From contig JAHLWZ010000693.1 of assembly GCA_020536535.1 (NCBI GenBank), positions 1 through 64,000 on the forward strand: a DNA stretch of 64,000 nucleotides, given 5' to 3'. Made by a program: the position numbers and the translations under genes. This document shows, piece after piece, positions 1 to 13,147 of the stretch. The stretch's first letter is position 1; each line of letters begins with the position of its first letter. The DNA is from Pelomyxa schiedti (Eukaryota > Protista > Evosea). The notes under the pieces are model-generated. The model was not told the DNA's origin, made no database searches, and was given only the letters and a program-made list of their open reading frames with translations.

Positions 1-229
1 AGAGAAAGGAGATAAGGAGAGCCAGCGGTGCAGCGCCCGGAGGCGGCAGAGGCGACGCGGGAGCAGAGGAAGGCGAGAGGGAAAGGGGCGCAGCGGGAGG
101 CTAATTTTGGGCAAAGAAAGAATTAAGAAAGCTCTTTTACCTTGACCAATGAATCAATGTCTTTCAAATGAAGGATATCTCAGAAGTTTCTAATTAATTA
201 ATTAACTGTTTTTTTGCTCATAATTAGTT

Positions 230-1491
230 CAAAATGGTTTCTTTGTTTGTGGATCTTCAGTGTTGCTGGTACTTGCAGCTGATTTTGATGGCTCAACCAT
301 GTTTACCTGGTGTTTAAGCTTATCCTCCATGGTTTTGTGGTGGGTGTTCCACTGCTTCTTCTAGAATGGTCACAAATTGTTCCACAATTTGTGTGGTGTG
401 AAGTTGACACCAGCAGAAATAACAATGAAATTTATCAAGGAAACCTCCTTCAGTGATGCTTTGCCTTGTATACCAGTTTTTGAACATGTGGTGTTCAAAA
501 AGTACCTCAAACTCCACTTTCTGTGACAACCACAACAACTTCAGTGTTAAAACCACCAAAAAATGGTAGGTAATACAGTTTTTTTTTTGTTTTAACTGTT
601 TATAGCATATCTGGGGATTTCTCATTTCTCTTCTGAATTGCTGGTGACATTACAAGCTGCACTGCATCTCACTGACTGGGCTGCAAAAACTGGAAACATG
701 GAAACAACAAAAACAGTGGTGGCTTCTATCAAAGAAAAGCAAGCACAAGCTGTTCCACAGCAACAGCCACGCAAACACAGACCTTCAGCTTCACAAGTGG
801 CACCGCACCCATTCCCAAGGAGACTGCCACAGCACATCAGCCAAAATGACCCCGAAAGCGTTTAAAACCTTGGCTTGTCCGGACCACATGTTAGTAACAG
901 ATTTCGCAGAATGGTACAATCTACAGCGTTGTGTCAGAAAATCGAAATTGTCGCATCGTTGGACCCTGATTGGATAAACCACAGGCCAGGGTAACTGCGG
1001 CCGTGGTCGCCCTGCCGACGACACCGAGGCGCCCGACGTTGCCCCCGAGGACCCTCCGGCCACGGCCGCCCAGCAGCCCGTTGTGCCCCCGCCCGCGCAG
1101 CAGCAGCCTGTAGTGCCACAGCCGCCGGCGGCTCCCGACCAGGCGCCCCAGCCAGCGCCACAGGGAGCCGGCAGCGCGACCGCGGCCTCGTACCCCTCGC
1201 GCAGCGGGAGTTTGGGCAGGCGACTTTCTGGGGCGACCTACGGGCCGCCCCGTGCCTCTGGTTTTTGCACCACTGCTTGTTGTTGTTGTTGTCGTCGCAG
1301 CAGCATTGGCACCAATTTGTAGGCCAATCTCTCATACAGTGGGATAGAGAGCTTAATGCGCAGATCTTTGATAATACTGAGTTTACTTGTCCAAATTGTG
1401 TAGTCCCACTTCCCCCTTTTTCGTGAACTAAGATACAAACCCAACTATCCTGCCAGCAAATAAGAGTGAAGTTGAGAGTCTTCTCCAGCAA
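230..1491 (-). CDS. Possible multi-exon hypothetical gene (model unresolved)
   Basis: Several minus-strand ORF pieces (320-625, 791-1063, 1238-1444) lie around a GC-rich island at ~1000-1260; no recognisable domain. Confidence 0.25.
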
Positions 1492-2600
1492 ACCGAATCT
1501 ATTGTGTGGGTTAATGATGCACGACTTCCAACCTTCTCCTTCAATGCCATCTCCAGAGCGATACCAGTACTATGAAGAGGTTTGTATGGACACTCACTTC
1601 CACACCTCTCACTTTAACCAGTTACCTGTTATGCTTTGGGTCTTGAGGTTGACAACGTGGCGGCAGAATGCGCGGAGCTCCTTTCAGAGAAAAAGGCCAG
1701 CACTGCCCAAGGTTTGCTTATTTATTTGCCTGGTCACCCCACTCACCTCTAAACCTATACACTCGCCTTTACCAAATGCAGACCTTGTGGCGATTCTCCT
1801 GGAAAATAAAAGACCGGATCTGGCTGATAAACTGAATGAGGTCTTCTCGTCATGCCTTCCGGACTTTCGGATCGTATGTTCGGACGAAATTCAGATACAG
1901 GAGAATGGACTGGCCAGGAAGCGGAACTGGGGCCCAATGAGAAACCTTCTCCCATCTTTAGGGCTGTCAGAACCAGCGGTTTTGCAAACATACAGGCAAA
2001 GACAAAAGCCAAAAGCACACACCTCGTCAGACACTCGACATGATAGTCTACAACCTTGGAGAGGGGAGGTCAGAAGTCCTCCATACTCACGCTCGGGTGG
2101 TTATTGAACGAAATGGCAACAGACTTGCAACTTTACCCTGGCCCATTACAGAGGCAATTGCAGACCGGTTCTTTGATGAAGTACTTCCACTCCTAGTGGA
2201 ATTTGAGGTTCGCTAGTTCTCTTCAACCTAGCTCAGATAATCATAACAATCAGATAAACCGCATACGCCAGAAGGAACTTGTTGTGGATGTGGGTGTACT
2301 CTCACAATTGGCAATGATACTTTTGTTGTTGCGGAACTACATAAAGTGCAGACCAAGGTTGCCGCTGAAGAGAGGATAAGGAAGCTGGCTGTATCACACA
2401 CATTCTGATATCTGCCGGCTGGACTGTAAAGTTTGCTTCTTTTTTGAGGAAAAAAAGAATTGCGTAATTACATAGAAACCTTTTCTGTTGGCTACTTGAA
2501 GGATGCCACTGAGGCCCTTGTCTCACTCCTTGTACAGTTGTTGAGGGGAATCACTGTTAATTATTGGACACTGAGGAGGGGGAATCCTTTGATTATCTGG
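1466..2600 (+). CDS. Possible multi-exon hypothetical protein
   Basis: 213-aa ORF plus downstream exon-like frames (IVYNLGEGRSEVLHTHARVVIERNG...LPLLVEFE) separated by GT..AG segments; no family recognised. Confidence 0.3.
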
Positions 2601-2742
2601 ATTTTGCTTATAAAAAAAGGGTGTGGAAGTGAGCTCCCCATTGGGTATAGCGCTCGTTGACAGGTCTGATCCCAGTCCTGAACGAAGTAGTAGCTTAGCT
2701 GATCAACTTCAGGTTCCTTCACTGAATCTCAATTCTCAGTGT

Positions 2743-3720
2743 ATGTGGGCGATTAGGGTGGTTGTCGTAGCGGTGGTTCTGTCAGCTATGCCGTCTCTTG
2801 TTACTTGTGGGTGGAGAGGATCCGCCTTCGTCACGTATAGTTCAAACTCCCATAAGTGCTTTCTGGAGGATCTCGCCTCCGCTACCGAGTTGCGAGCACG
2901 GTTGCTGCCTGCTTTTTTTTTTTTTTTTGTGTTTTTTTTTTTTTCTTAACCTTGGACTTGCAGCTACTCATTGCACCACTCGTCACATTTACAGTTTGAT
3001 GAAGGTCAGAGACTGGCCATTCGTCACCATGGGGACAATTCTTTCGAATCAAGGAATTTGACTGGAGACCAAGACCTCGGTGCTTATGTTGTAAGTTCGG
3101 TTCAGGATCCCCTAGGGAATCTTGTTCACGAAGTTCCTAACGGTACTAGCTATTCAAAAGAAGAATCCCACACATTATATTCATTTTCCCTTCAGGCGAC
3201 TCTGATGGGGAAGTTTTATACACCACTAAGATGGCTGGGCAGCACAAAATATGTTTCTCTGTAAAGAAAGTTGACAAGCAGATGTGGTTTTCTAGTAAGA
3301 CATACAATTCACAACAATCATATGTGTGTGATTGGATTTTTACTCTCAGCTCTGTATCCATTTGTCACTAACTCTATCTACCAGAAACTCTTTGTGGAGA
3401 TTCTCACAGGAGTAGATGCTAGAGACTACAAACCAAAGCTCGGAGACAACGCAGCCCAACTGGAAACTCACGTGCTTCGTGCAAATGACCTTGTTGCACA
3501 GGTGAGGGCGGAACAGACTCTAGCAAAGGAAAGGGGTGCAAAGTTTTATGCTGTCAGTGATACTACAAGAAGGAGACTATTGGTGTGGGTCGTTGTTCAG
3601 GCTCTTATTTTGCTTGGTTGCTGTGCTTGGTATGACCTCTTTTGATATGTTGTTGTACTCACAACACCTAGGCAAACCTGGTCACTGCACAACTTCTTGA
3701 AAGCAAAAAAAGCTTTCTAG
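2743..3720 (+). CDS. p24/emp24/gp25L (TMED) cargo receptor
   Basis: Signal peptide MWAIRVVVVAVVLSA, GOLD-domain start KCFLEDL, coiled coil LRANDLVAQVRAEQ, TM LLVWVVVQALILLG, and last exon QTWSLHNFLKAKKAF* with a KKxx retrieval motif; several short introns. Confidence 0.9.
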
Positions 3721-3827
3721 TGTACCAAAAATGTGCATTTGTGTAAGCTTAAGAGTTGGCCCATTGAACTAAATGGCTCGAAAAAGTATTTTGGTCGGTT
3801 TTCTTGGTTTTTTTTCTTTCTTCTGTC

Positions 3828-4934
3828 CTAGTGCCGCATTACAGCCATCTCCGCATCTGTAATAATAAGGAAGGGAGATAGTCTAAAAACAAAACAAACC
3901 TGAGGGAGTGGCAGGGAATCCTAAATCAAATGGAGAAAGGTGAACGTCAAGAACGTACTTGAACAGGTGTGGTGGAATGTGGTCACAGAGTATAACACCA
4001 TTTGCTGATTCGAAGAATTGAAGGCCCTCTGTCAAGAATAAATAAAAGAGATATCGTTTGGCAGAAAAGTTCACCAGAAAGTGCTCGTTCAAGGTTGATA
4101 AAGATGAATGTATCACAAGTTCCTCTCATTCCTTTTCAAGCATCAGTACGGAGGAGAAAATGTACCAGTGGGATTGTACCGCTAATTACATTGCCACCAC
4201 TCAGACCTTTGGCACAGTGCACATGGTTGCGGGACATCCTGAGAGATGGAATAAGGAGCAACGAAAAGTTTATGCCCAAGGGTCGGTTTTACTTTGACAA
4301 TCCCGTTGCCTTGATTTGAGGCCAAAACCTATTTGAAACAAAAAAAAAACATTAGGCCTCAAGAGAGCCAAATTGCCAACATCCATACTTCCTGTAAGTA
4401 CCATGCACCACAACTGGATAACTTGCTGCATTCGCTATTGGAGTCAGTGCCAATTCAGGAACCTTTCAACGAAATCAATTAGTAGGCATGATAGTCAGTA
4501 CAGGGACCTACGTCAATGGAGTGACCTTGGTTTGCACGTATATAGAGCTTGCCGTTCCTGGTCTCCAACGCAAACCGCTGTTTGTTGTTATTCTCCACAA
4601 TACGCCTAACATCATCAACTGTGGCAATAAGTCAGAGTTCTGAAGAAACAACAAACAAAAAAAAACAAAAAAACACCCCTGGGATATTATAAGAGGAAAA
4701 CAACAACAACAACAACAACAACAACAGCAACAGCAACAACAACAGCAACAACAACAACAACAAACCTGTCACACCCCTGAATCGATTATGGGTCAAAACG
4801 TCATCCACGAGGGCAAATCCGTCAGCGCCGATTGGCACGTGAGCCTGCACCGCCCCGTGCCTCAACATCCACGACAAGCTCTTGGACAATTTCACCTCGG
4901 GTGATTCCTCCCTGCCTCCTCGCCGCGACGACAT
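3828..4934 (-). CDS. TPT1: RNA 2'-phosphotransferase Tpt1/KptA
   Basis: Spliced motifs LSKSLSWMLRHGA, NNKQRF, IRANQGHS, VVHGT, MSRNHVH, SGMR, FFESANGVIL. Confidence 0.93.
4698..4763 (+). repeat. (CAA/CAG)n trinucleotide microsatellite in TPT1 intron 1
   Basis: About 21 CAA units with a few CAG interruptions; explains the spurious poly-Leu in ORF 4632-5042. Confidence 0.9.
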
Positions 4935-5344
4935 GACTGACCGCAAAAGCCCACACAAGCAACGAATGGTAACGAATGGCGTATGATTATTATGATTATG
5001 ATTATTAACCCGAAATTTTCTTAACACGGAGTTCAACTTCATCTTTCAGGCACAGGAACACGCAGCTGAAACCACCAGGCACCACGTTGGATGAAGTTTC
5101 AATGCTCTGAACAACGAGAATCGGAGAGTATGGTTCACTCCAGAACAAAGAGGTGGTCCTTCCATTTATTGCATCTTGTTCCGAACATAACAGTGTGGTA
5201 TTGCCAAGAGATTGGCGTCGAATTTCGCCAATCAAGTAAACAACGCGAAAGGCGAGAAGAAACAAGAAAAAAAAATCAGGAGATCTCGTTGGGTGTGGTG
5301 TGAGCCGAAGTCAGTCAGAGTGACGGCAAAAGACGCCCCCGGAA

Positions 5345-8300
5345 ATGAACGTAGCAGATATCCACACTGTGGTCAAGTTCAGCATGACGCCATCTGTTTT
5401 AGTGCTTGTCAATGAAAGTGTGGAGATGGCTTGTTTGCATTCCACGGGCGTCAGTCTACATGAACTTCTGTTACAGAGAGCAGTGTCACGTGTGCAGACT
5501 TCCTCCCACTTTTTTTTTTTTTTTTTTTTTTGCACAGTTGGTGAATTTAATAACATTCTATGGCAGTGGACACCTCTTCCAGTGATTGCAAGGTAAATCA
5601 CCTGCGATTCGTTACCGAAGAGCAGGTTCGCGGACTCCCTACTTGTGTGAGGGAGTCGATACTGTTGCGTGCGATTTCACCTGCTGTTTTTGATAGTTAT
5701 TCGAACTTCTCATTGTGCCATCCTTCACAAGTAGTTGATTTCCTAAAGAGTACTTTTTCCCCCACTTATCTCTCTGCCTCATGTCCACACAATTCTCACA
5801 TTCAATTAAGTGTACCCTTCTCCCACTCCTTGGTTCGCTCACTTTCAGTGGTTATACACACAACTAGTTGGATGTTGTCCTTATGGGACACTTGACCATC
5901 CCTCTGCATGTAATTGCTTTCTTTGTGTCCATCGTATTGTAGAATATCGTTAACTTTGAGCCAGGCATTGTTGTGGCATCAGCCGATAGTGATTCGCTTC
6001 CAGTGATTGAGCTTGGAAGACTATGGCCACCTGGAGGTCATTCTCTTTTCAGAGAAAAACCTTTCATGGATAATGCAATACCTATATTCTATCTCTTAGT
6101 TCAGTTCCAAGGTGATTTCAGTTGTAAAAACCAAACTCAAGGAATGATAGATACCCCTGTAAAGAAAGTAGAAGCTATGTTAAAAGACGTGCACAGTACA
6201 TTCGGATCCAGGAATTGTGGGCTACTAAAGCTCAAATCTTTCTATGATTGCCCAACACCTGCTCCTCCACAGATCCCTTTTTCTACTGTATCTGGGCTCT
6301 CTCCCCCAACTCCAGTAAGCGGTCCTCCTTTGCAGCTTTGGAACTAATCTCTCCCAGTTGTCGGAAGATGAAAAACAACAAATTGACAGAGTAATTAATT
6401 CTGTTGCTGGTCTTGTCTCTGCATATATTTCTCGCACAATCGAGTCCCTAGTGTCACAAGTAAATCACTTGATAATTTTTATTATTAGAATTTTATTTTG
6501 TTGCTTACAGTCAATAGATGCAGTCATCACGCAAATCAGTTGGGTAAGGGACTTTCATTCCTTTCCTTATTTTTATTCTTTCATACAGTGGCAAGATAAA
6601 AAATATACTTCGACGTGAAACCTCAAGTTCTGGGTATAATGGTTAATAAATGGAAAACAGTACCATCTTACTCCATGCAGAGTTGGCTATATAGCTCCCC
6701 AAACACCCCTGCCTTCCAATTGTCGAACCTTTGAAGAAGCCACATTACGGCATGCAGATTGTTGCATTCTAACTGGGGATATAGAAAGTGCAGCCAAATC
6801 TTACGCCCTAATCGAGCAGCGAAATGATAAATTTTCCCCGTATCATGCATATGCCAGGGTATTCTTTTCTTTTTCTTGGATCCTTGTGTTTAAAATTAAA
6901 ATAAAAGGAAATGATGGCATTGATATCCCTGTTCACAGATGGCAGAGATTGTGATTCTGGATTCGAACAAGCCTTTAAGGAATACTGTAGTAGGTTGTTT
7001 TCATTTCTTTTTTCCCCCTCGCTTTAGAGATAATTAATTAATTTCTCTTCAGCAATGAATATCACCTTGCAACTCGTGTAATAATGATGCACGCATGGTG
7101 CCATAAGTTAAGAGGAAATTTCAAATCGGCTTCTGAGAGATACTACTCTATCACTGACCAAGTAGCTGCCCTCCAACCATACATTTTGCTGAAGTTGTTT
7201 TAACAGCCACCAAGCCCAAAGAGAGATGACCTAGGCCAGTTGGTAAAAGCGTTTTTATTGGAGCAAGGTGCTTTCTGTCATCTCCATGGTTCACCACCAA
7301 TGCTTCGAAAATTTGGCTTCCGCTTGACTTCAGCAGGGGCAATATTTGGATCGATGGGACAAGTGCCCTTCTGCTACATTTTCGCTACAACTTACCTTTA
7401 CTCAAAAGGGTAGTCATGCATTGCGTTGTTATCTCCTAACAAGAGGTTCGTGCTCTATTGACACACCACCGCAGTTGCTTGCTACCATGGATCAACAACG
7501 CTGTTGGTGGGTCGCAAGTGGCCAAAGTCTTCAAACACTTGTGGAATACACCTACTTGCATGGACGACTTGACGAAGCGTTTAGATTTGCCGAAATACTG
7601 CTAAAGGAATGCACAAGACAACCATTCCAGATTCAAAGCAGCATTTTAAGACAATACATATTCATATGCAAGGTTCATTATTTAATGATCTTTCTCTCTG
7701 AGAACCTTGTTGCCACAGAAAAAAGGGTTCCGTTCTGCAGTTCCTATTTCTCTTCCATGCATTCAACCCGGAAGCCTTCAAGTCGCTCTGAATGACGACT
7801 ACCCATCTTGCTCAGATTGCGTTCTTCCAGTTCAGAAGTGAGTATTTTTTCCCACCCTATTTCCAATATCCTTGCAGAGGTTCTAAGACTGCTGTTTCGT
7901 TGGAATCCTTTCACATTGAAGCAGATCTCCATAACCCTTTACTTTTGTCTCTTCAACTTCAACAAATTCATGTCTTTGCTGAAGGTGACTTTGCATAACA
8001 TTACCAAAATTAACTGGTGAACAACAAGATTCACACAATGAAGTGGTCAGTAATTCAGTTGACCTTGTACTGCCCCCTGGTGAAAATCATCGAGTTGAGT
8101 TTGACATAACACCAATTCTTGATGGAGAATTTACACTCAAGGGGCTCCGTTTTCTACTTTCTGGGGTTGTGTGGGGTCAACTAGAGATGACCCGGATATT
8201 GTGCACTTCCAATTCTCGTAGACTCGTTTCTTCTCCAAGAGAAATGGAGCGACCACCGGAGGGCCTCGTATTTGCTCCACTGCCGCCATCTGGTCTTCCC

Positions 8301-10447
8301 CTTGACTTCACACCAGTATCTGTTGATGTGTCACTACCATCTGCCCTTCTTGTTTTGAATACTAGTTCTATGCCAAATGTCCTTCTAGAGGGCGAGTGCT
8401 GTTTATATTCCTTTTGTGTTATGAATGGCAGTAGAGTGGCAGCCAACAGTCTTTCCCTTGCTTTTTCTCATACTGCATTCTTTGTACCAGTCACTGAAGC
8501 AGATTACCAACTTCACCAGCAACAGTGCACAGCCAAAACAGTGCGAGCAGAGGAGTCTCCAAAACCACAAGTTCCCAAGCCAGTCATTGTGAGACCAAGA
8601 AAGGCATCAAATCCAACTCAATCAGCAGTGGCAGATGCAGAGAAAGCTTCTGCCTCAGCAACAACACCCCACGAGCCAGACATTCCAACCACAGTTTCAT
8701 TTGCATCAGCAGGTGTAACTGACTCTGGATCCGGCACCACCTGGTTTCCAGTGTCCGGCACCTCACAACCTCATAGTAGAATGTTGATACCTTTTTGGAT
8801 CAGGTAACCTTCCTTTCAATGGAAATTTTCATTCCTCTTACATATCAAGACCAAAACAAACTGCTGGCCTTCAACATTTCGTATGTTCCTTTTTTACCTA
8901 ATGCCTTTGTGACAGTTCTTAGACTATGCACATTGTACTTCGCTACTTCTCTGATAGCAATCCTACAAAACCAAGATTCACGCACAAACATGTGCAAGTT
9001 ATCATAGTTCCTACACTGAAGTTAACTCCTTTCTTGCACTCCTCTCCGTCGGACTGTTATTCTAACACTTTGCACCTCCAGGTTTTTAGATTCAACTTTT
9101 GGGTAATTAATTTCTATTTAGGTAGAAAACTTGCATCAATCTGTATCAATAACACTGCGACAAATATCATGCCTTAGTTCCTACACACTGTTACCAAATC
9201 CTCTTGTTGCATCAGCAGACCCCTTACCCCCACAGGTGGCTTTAGGGATTCATACATTTTCTAAATTTTTTTCCCTAGTCCTCGCGCAGTTTGTTCTACA
9301 AAATGAATTCTCCCTGGAGAGATGGCGCACAAGATAAGAGTGTCACTTCCCATACCTACTCTGATATTACCGAACACAAACATATTGACACCACTCAATC
9401 ACCCTATTCCGATTATGTTAATGCTGAGAGGAAACCCTATGGTGAAATCTTCATCCCTTCTGAAATTTTACATTACAGTAACAACACTTAGTTCCTCGAT
9501 TTGGACAGGCCGATTTTGTTGTTCATTGGGAGGCAAACACTCAACAAACTCACGTTGGCTACCACGTAGCCCCAGCAGTACAACTGGAAAAATTTGCTAC
9601 AGATGTCTCTGCTGAGAAACGGATCGGTGAATTATCAATCCACTTTCCTGCAGTACCTCCTGTTACTCATGACTTTGCTCGCCACAGGTTTTTTCCCCCT
9701 CCGCTTGTTGAACAAAGATATATATATATAACCTTAAAACAACAACAAAACCAGATTCTGCGAAGTGGCAGTTGAACTACACGTCAAAAGTTGTTCTTCC
9801 ATGCCCATTGCCGTTACAGTGGAAGCAACACGGTACTATCGTAACAGACACAACTTTACTCTAAAAACGAACACACGCACAGGCCGCCGAATAGGAGCTA
9901 CTTGTGGTCCGGATTTACAAACGAGACCAAGAAGCTGAAATTTCACCAGCACATGGTCGTCAAAGCAATCGCCTGCGTGTCTCATGCCGGCGACTTTGAT
10001 CTCAGCAGCTTCAAGATTTCGTACCTCGGGACCTCTTCTGCCTACTTCATGAGCCCGCCAACGGCCCCGGCACCGGCACCGGCCCCCGAGGAAGTCCACC
10101 AACAATCCAAACCAAAACCACAGGCACCACAACCACAACCGCAACCGCAATCACAACCGCAATCAACATTCCCTCAGTCACCAACACCATCTTCACCAAC
10201 ACAACTGGGCGGCGGGGCAGCATCATCACCACAAGCGCACTCGTCGCCATCGCCATCATCCAGCACCACAGCATCCTCACAACCAATCAGCAGCAATAGC
10301 CCATCACTGTCGGCAGTATCTTCAACAAACAGCCCCAGTGTCAAACCTAGGAAACCACAGCACCCCACAGCACCCCCACCAACTCCACCTGGTCAATTCG
10401 ACCTCCACAACCTCGTGCACAACGTGGTGTCTGTCTATACCATCTAG
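5345..10447 (+). CDS. TRAPPC8: TRAPP III subunit TRAPPC8/Trs85
   Basis: Multi-exon. Motifs LEQGAFCHLHGSPPMLRKF, HALRCY, QPFQIQSSILRQYIFICK, ADLHNPLLLSLQLQQI, LPPGENHRVEFDITP, VTHDF occur in TRAPPC8 order; P/Q/S-rich C-terminal tail. Confidence 0.8.
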
Positions 10448-10638
10448 TACAAGTAGAAACAAAACCAAAACAAACGTGGACATTTAGTGTATTGCTACCC
10501 TCCAATCCACCCATTTTTCTTTTTCTACCCTACACGTGCCGAGCCTCCAAAAAGTTGATGGGCCCGGGCCGGGCCAATCACAACGCCCCCACTTGGTCTT
10601 TTTCAACGAAGAACATTTAAAAAAAGAAAATACCGAGC

Positions 10639-12356
10639 ATGGAAGAAGGTGGTGCCGGTACTGCGGTCCGAAGGGTGTCGCACGAGAGATCTAGCAGAGA
10701 CAGGCAGATCCCGCAGAGGGAAGAAGTTATGGATAACGACAGGGAGAGGGATTCAGCTGTGGCGTCTGTATCTGTCGTCGCAGAGCGAGCGGATCGAGAG
10801 CGCGACCAGCGAGAGAGAGACCAGCGGGAGCGAGACGCTGAGAGGGAGCGCGAGCGTGAAAGAGAGCGCGAGCGCGACAGGGAAAGGCAACGCGAAAGCG
10901 ACAGGGAAAGAGACCGCGAGCGGGAAAGGGAGAGGGAGAGGGAAAGAGACAAGGAAAGAGAGCGCGACAGAGAACTTATGAGGAGAGACAGGAGCCGCGA
11001 GAGGAGCAGGGAGAGGGAAAGAAGTAGGGAGAGGAGCAGAAGCAGGGAAAGGAGCAGAGAGAGGAGCAGAGATAGGGATAAGTACAGGTACAGAGATAGG
11101 AGCAGGAGCAGGAGTAGGAGCAGGGATCGTGACAGGTATGACTTCAACCACATGATGAACTTGGAGATGTCACTTGATGATCTTGGGAGGAGAGGAGCAC
11201 GCCCTAGTACGAACTATATTTCAGTATTTCGTAAGAACTGACCTCAATTTTAGGGACCTGTTTCAATTGTGGACAATTTGGGCATATTGCCGCCATGTGT
11301 AGGGCTCCTCCACCACCTTTCCCCTTTGGTCGTGGGCCTCGTGGACCATTCCCTTATGGCTCTCCGTTTTCTGCTGGTTGCTTCCAGTGTGGTCAAATGG
11401 GCCATATTGCGAGAGAATGCATGCTACGAAATTCACTTCCTCCTCATCGAATGTTTGGGGGTATGCCTCCCCCTCCAATGCCGCTTGGTCCCATAATGCC
11501 TGGTGCTGGGGGGAAATGTTTTGCCTGCGGGAGATCAGGGCACCTTGCTCGCGAGTGCCCCACCAATGATGCTGTAGGACTGAGCGCTGAAGACTCCTTG
11601 AATCGTTGTTTCGTTTGCAACAAGACTGGACACTATGCGAGGAATTGCCCAGAAAACGTTTCACAGAGTAGTGGTTGCTTCGTCTGCTCTGAGGTTACCT
11701 TACTTCACCAATCTTCTATTTTTCATTCCTTTAAGGTTGGACATATGGCAAGGGACTGTCCCAAGAGAGGCTCACACAGCCATTCAAAGCGGAGCAGTAG
11801 TCAAACTTCCACCAATCCTGATGGGTCTATGAGTATCAGTGCAGAACCCAATGTACTTGAGCCGGGGGCAATTCCCAGTACTGGGGAAAGGGACATTGCG
11901 GAGCCTGGTGCAATAGAAAGGTCAAGGTCACCTCCCAGGAAGTCACCTCCCCATTCACCCCCAAGGTCACGTCCGCATTCTCGTTCACATTCCCGTTCGA
12001 GATCCCCTACCCAACATTACCATTCCCCACCGCGAGCCCATTCCCCGCGCTCTCATTCCCCACATTTCAAGCAATCTCCTTCTCGACGATCTCATTCTCC
12101 TGTCCACGATCCTCAAAGGCGACGCTCACATTCTCCACAACGATCTCCTTCTCCTTCGCGGGGTTTCAATTCTGGGGTATGTTTCTCCTGTGGCCACCCA
12201 GGACACGTTGCGCGTGAGTGCCCTACGTACCGAGAGAACTCTGGTGTTCATTCTTGCTTTTCATGTGGGAAGTTAGGACATATGGCTAGAATGTGCCCAA
12301 ATTCCAGGTTTTTGCTGTCCTTCATTCAGTATTTTTTCTAATTGAGAAACAGGTAG
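10639..12356 (+). CDS. RE/RD/RS-rich protein with seven CCHC zinc knuckles
   Basis: Exon 1 has RE/RD/RS dipeptide repeats. Then CFNCGQFGH, CFQCGQMGH, CFACGRSGH, CFVCNKTGH, CFVCSE|VGH, CFSCGHPGH and CFSCGKLGH knuckles, with an RS/SP block between knuckles 5 and 6. Confidence 0.88.
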
Positions 12357-13147
12357 CGAAGTTGTCTTGGCAGCTGTAATTGAAATTGAAATCTAATTGG
12401 ATTATCCTTTTTTCCTATTTCACTATCAAGACTTGTCTGCTCCAGCTTTTTTTTTTTAGTTGGTACAATTCCGCTATGCTATCTAAGTTTACAACTCACA
12501 CAATTTAGGTCTTTGACTTTTGACTTGACAATGTGTGGTGTTGGTCTGGTGTTGGTTGGTGTTGGTGCGAGGTCGAGTGGAATTTGCTGAATGCAAGTTG
12601 GCAGGTATGTTGCAGCACATGAGTTGGTGGATTTGGCTTTGGTGAGTTTATGTTTGAAGTAGGTGGTGTGGTGTTGCTGTTGTTTGGTGTTAGGTTGTTG
12701 GGCAACAAACAACACCCCCACTTCACGTTGTGGTGTTGGCAGCGAGGACAAGTGCTCTGGGAATTGGAAATTGGGAGGGAAGGGATGGGCAGTTTTGCCC
12801 CCAAAGTTTCAAATGGGTTTGGTGTGTGCCAAAAAAGGGGATCAAAGGGGGGTTTGGCAAAACGAGGGAGTTCAGTTCCATGTTCCATTCCCATTTGGTG
12901 AGAAGTAGAGCCATCAAATGCCAGCAGATGTGAAGGAAAATTCACTGCGATATCACCAAAGTACTCGGTGGAACTCCAACCATCAAAGTTTGACACGTGT
13001 CAGCAGTTTTGCTAAGAATCAAGTGCCCCTTGCAAAGTCAGAAAAAGCTGAACTTTATTTCAGCGAAACTATTTAAGAACTTTTTTTCAACAAACAAAAA
13101 AACCAAGCACTAGTGCTGGTTGGCCGGAAACCGGATTAGCGACAAAG

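Noticed and set aside
10617-11153. Leu/Ser-rich minus-strand ORFs (also 14862-15110, 26783-27304, 40289-40960, 49236-49923)
   Set aside because: These are antisense shadows of low-complexity or GC-rich real coding sequence.
12479-12996. ORFs in the TG-rich stretch upstream of PDI
   Set aside because: No domain signal, biased composition and non-ATG starts; treated as intergenic.
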